41,834 bases of DNA from positions 1 to 41,834 of the forward strand of contig NW_021835196.1 in the NCBI RefSeq assembly GCF_006345805.1, written 5' to 3'. This DNA is from Octopus sinensis (lineage: Eukaryota). Within the stretch, counting starts at the first letter, position 1, and the number at the start of each line of letters is the position of its first letter. The notes beneath the pieces were generated by a model. It did not search any database, had not been told where the DNA came from, and worked only from the letters and a program-made list of their open reading frames with translations. Below, piece by piece: positions 37,369 through 41,834 of this stretch. The translations under genes were made by a program, and so were the position numbers.

Positions 37369-37594
37369 ATATACATACATACATACACACACAATGTACA
37401 TATATATGTGTACCTAACCACCTTCCTTTTCTCACCCTCTTTCACTCTATTTCTTTTCCCACCCTCACCTATCTCTCTCCCCCTCTCATCTCTCTATATA
37501 TATACACATACATACAAACGTATGTACGTGTGTGTGCATGTATATGTGTAAATACACATACTTGTATATATACATCTGAACGAATATAACTATA

Positions 37595-37638
<44 letters not shown>

Positions 37639-37992
37639 TACAGGCACACACATAGAAATAGTGAGATACCTACATTTCCTAAAGCGCGGCGTACACACCA
37701 AGGTGATGTAATTCCCAGTATAATAGTAGCTATCCCCCAAAAAACACATTTGATGCATGGGTTGTAACGTTGGAACTAATTCACAGTTCACTGCTATGTA
37801 CCAAACTAATATCAGGTTTTCGCAATATAGTCCATACTTATTATATTTCCCTCCTTGTGTGTGTGTGCCTTTGTGTATGTATTTATACAAACACACACAC
37901 ACACACACACATATATATAAAATTGTAATACTGATATATACATATACATATGCATATATATATGTACATGTACATATATCTATACATAAGTG

Positions 37993-38042
<50 letters not shown>

Positions 38043-38242
38043 AATATGTATATATTCATATATTTATATATGCATATGTAAACATATATATGCACGCATG
38101 TATATATATATATATATGAACATGTATATACATATATATATATATACACACATTTATATGCATGGGTGTGTATATGCATGTATATGTCTATTGTTTATAT
38201 AATATATACACATATATGCATATATTTCGCACACACATATAA

Positions 38243-38281
<39 letters not shown>

Positions 38282-38386
38282 ATATATTATATATATAGAA
38301 TATATATATATTATATATATACATAAATGTATATACACATAAATGCATGTGTGTGAAAATGTATACTATGTATGGTACTTTGTACC

Positions 38387-38444
<58 letters not shown>

Positions 38445-38545
38445 GTGTGTGTGTGTATATATATATTATATATAGTTACATATATGTGTGTGTGTGTGTG
38501 TGTGTTTGTTTGTGTGTGTATGTGAGTCTGTGTGTGTGTGTTTGT
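37280..38545. repeat. Multiple (TA)n/(CA)n/(TG)n tracts interleaved with short unique spacers
   Basis: Direct inspection. Confidence 0.9.
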
Positions 38546-38696
38546 GTGTACAGGGAAAATATCAACCTATATTATTGCAGAAAAGACTAGCTTTACAATT
38601 TGGTCTCTCACGTGGCAGTTTGATATTCTTAAACTTTACTCAGTATATTTATCAGATAACCCACCGTCGGTTCTAAATGGTATATCTGTGCGTGAC

Positions 38697-39113
38697 AAGG
38701 CATCGAGCTGGCAGAAACGTTAGCACACCGGACGAAATACGTACCCGTATTTCGTCTGCTGTTACATTCTGAGTTCAAATTCCGCCGAGGTCGACTTTGC
38801 CTTTCATCGTTTCGGGGTCGATAAATTAAGTACCAGTTACACACTGGAGTCGGTATAATCGACTTAATCTATTTGTCTGTCCTTGTTTGTCCTCTCTGTG
38901 GTTAGCCCTTTGTGCGTAGAAAAGAAATAGGTATTTCGTCTGTCTTTACGTTCTGAGTTCAAATTCCGCCGAGGTCGACTTTGCCTTTCATCTTTTCGGG
39001 GGTCGATAAATTAAGTACCAGTTACGCACTGGGGTCGATATAATCCACTCAATCCATTTGTCTGTCCTTGTTTGTCCTCTCTGTGTTTAGCTCCTTGTGG
39101 GTAGTAAAGAAAT
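38697..39113 (+). mobile_element. SINE family B dimer (one head + two bodies)
   Basis: Junction aaagaaata|ggtatttcgtctg at 38929/38930. Confidence 0.9.
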
Positions 39114-39129
39114 ATGTATGTATGTATGT

Positions 39130-39354
39130 ATATGTTTGTGTGTCTGTGTTTGTCCACCTCTCCAACATAGCTTGACAACCAATACTGGTCTGTTTGCAAT
39201 TGCGTATAAAAGCAGTTCGACAAAAGAGACCGACAAAATATGTACTAGGCTTACAAAGAATAAGTCCTGGTGTCGATTTGCTCGACTGAAGGGCAGTCCT
39301 CCAACATGGCCGCAGTCAAATGACTGAAACAAATAAACGAATAAAAGAATAAAG
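39130..39354 (+). mobile_element. SINE family A, 3' half
   Basis: Matches 1460-1665. Confidence 0.8.
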
Positions 39355-40026
39355 TTTTGAATGGGCATACGTCCCTCCTTTAAATGGCTAGCCGTAAATT
39401 TTATCTGTCACCTTCAATAAATTATGACCATCACTTTATACTAAACTGTTACTTTATTTTTTTCTTTTCCAACCACTGAATTCCATCCATGGCGCACATC
39501 ACCGTTTCTCCCACCCTAGTCTTCTTAGAACGTCACCCATCAACAGTAGGATACGCTGGTGGGTTTTTATGGCTTTTGATCGGGCTATAAAATTCAGTCG
39601 AATGGCACACGTATACTCCCATATACATACATACATACATATACATACACGTACATCCTTGTACGTGCACGTACATGTCCGTATACTCATACACATAGCA
39701 GAAGGCACTAACACACGGACGCAAGTAAGAGGCGCGCTTTCTGTTCTTCACGTATATGTGATGTGCATTCAAGTATCTTGTCCCATTTCATGCTCATTGC
39801 ATACACACACACACAACACACACAACACACACACACATTTTACTTGCTTCAGTCATCTGATAGCGCCTTAAAATATTTTAGTCGAACAAACCCCATTCCC
39901 CCCGCTTAGAAAGATTTTATAGCCTAGTGCTTTTTCTATCAGTCTCTTTTGCCGAACTTCATCAATGTATATGTCCAGCCCGCAGCTACTCTTTGTAATA
40001 ACTTTATGGCAAATTTATATGAAATA

Positions 40027-40407
40027 AAGTAGCTTGCTTACGAACTACATGGTTCCGGGTTCAGTCCTACAGCGTGGCACCTTGGGCTAGTGTTTTCTAC
40101 TATAGCCTCGGGCCGACCAATGCCTTGTGAGTGGATCTGGTAGACGGAAACTGAAAGAAGCCTGTCGTATATATGTATATATATATATATGTACGTGTGT
40201 GTATGTGTTTGTGTGTGTGTGTTTGTTCCCCAGTATCGCTTGACAACCGATGGTTGTGTGCTTACGTCCCCGTAACTTAGCGGTTCGGCAAAAGAGACCG
40301 ATAGAATAAGTACTAGGCTTACAAAGAATAAGCCCTGGTGTTGATTTGCTCGACTAAAGATGGTGCTCCAGCATGGCCACGGTCAAATGACTGACACACG
40401 TAAAGAG
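40027..40407 (+). mobile_element. SINE family A, near full length (lacks the first ~25 nt)
   Basis: Close match to 1295-1668. Confidence 0.9.
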
Positions 40408-41095
40408 TATACATACATACATGGTGGCTGCCCCCACGTTATCGAATATGGCCATTGTAAGAAGCTTTATCAATGTTGTTTTCGTGCTATGCTTGTGCAA
40501 GAAGATTTTTTTTTAAAGTGAGGAAAGGCTGTGCACTGAGTCAATCCCTCTCACTAAGCAACAGCAGCCATAATCCGAAAAGAAGAACAAGTCAACATCA
40601 TCGGTAACCACTGAGCCGCAGGTTTTAAGTAGACGTTATCCCAGTTACCTGAGTTACCTTCTCCTAGAAGGATGCCCTAACAAAGGCTAGGAGTCCTTCA
40701 CTCCCAATGGTTTAACCACGCGATCGGGTATTCAGTCCGATTATTTCTATGTCCCTGCGCATGATACAGCCTTAAGCCTTAAGACAAAAAAAAAAACTAC
40801 ACATGTTTCGACCAAAAATTGGCCCAGGCCATGTCTAACTCAATAGCACCACCTGATAGGATTTGCTAAATCCTTTTTAAGCGAAGATTTGTGGTATCAT
40901 AACCCATTCGAGTAGGGAGATCTAATTGGGGTGAGTTGTATCCAGGTATAGGAAGCTAATCTTGTATGCCTTAAAGAAATTTGTCCGGATTCGCTTACTG
41001 GTGATGAGACGGTGTTAAATAGGGCAGGGTTTGTTGAGGAAAAGAAATTGTGTTGCAGTGTCATTGTGCGTGAATACATACATATGTGTGTAGTC

Positions 41096-41482
41096 TTTTA
41101 TTCTTGTTTCAGTCATTTGATTGCGACCATGCTGGAGCACCACCTTTAGTAGAACAAATCGACTCCAGGACTTATTCTTTGTAAACCTAGTGCCTATTCT
41201 ATCAGTCTCTTTGCTGAACCGCTAAGTCACAGAGACGTAAACACTCCAACATCAGTTGTCAAGCGATCGTGGTGGGACAAACACAGACACATAAATACAC
41301 ACACATACACACACACATACAACGTGATTCGTTCAGTTTCCGTCTACCAAATCCACTTACAAGGCTTTGATCGGCCCGAGGCTATAGTAGAAGACACTTG
41401 CCCAAGTTGCCACGCAGTGGGATCGAACCCGGAACCATGTAGTTGGAAAGCAAGCTTTTTACCACACAATCACACCTTGTGC
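41096..41482 (-). mobile_element. SINE family A, near full length
   Basis: Reverse complement matches 1273-1668. Confidence 0.88.
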
Positions 41483-41834
41483 ATTTTTAAGCATTATGAA
41501 TCGAAATTTCAAAATATTAAAAAAAAAAAAAACTGTGAAAGAGAAAGGGTTTTCAAATGGAAAATTGAAGAAAGAAAAAAACGTAAAGACTTACAAAACA
41601 CAAAACCAGTAAAAGATATACAAGCAGTCAGACAAACAGAGCGACAAACAGACAGACAGGCAGATTGGCAATCAATCAGGCAAGCAGTCAAACTGGCTGA
41701 AGGAAAGGACAGATATAAATAAATATATAAATAACTTTATAAATAAATAAATAAGCTTAAAACCCGAATAAGAAGTAATCAAAAAAATAAACGAAATAAA
41801 TATAGAAAATAAGATAAGGCGGCAACCATGGAAT

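Noticed and set aside
39500-39620. 'WWVFMAFDRAIKF' resembling the GPCR TM3 DRY region
   Set aside because: Short chance similarity; no other transmembrane segments or long ORF.

Overview
Non-coding, repeat-saturated animal genomic DNA. The SINE families and microsatellite load look like Octopus (coleoid cephalopod); this is recognition from memory, not a database result. No host protein-coding exon can be identified with confidence. Nearly all ORF-track entries are microsatellite translations, including the 3731-aa and 3475-aa 'HPSI' ORFs that come from an ~11.9-kb (GGAT)n array. Recognisable content: about 20 tRNA-derived SINE copies from at least 5 families (some with target-site duplications), the 3' ends of a CR1-clade and a Tx1/L1-clade LINE, an internally deleted mariner, probable Helentron-type ends and Penelope-like terminal fragments. 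The most notable signal is at 8.4-10.0 kb: a nest of fold-back palindromes containing five copies, on both strands, of a ~51-nt motif that folds as a minimal type I hammerhead ribozyme. A second, decayed hammerhead-like motif lies at ~1.97 kb. A SINE also occurs as 'one head + 2-3 bodies' multimers with the same junction at two loci.
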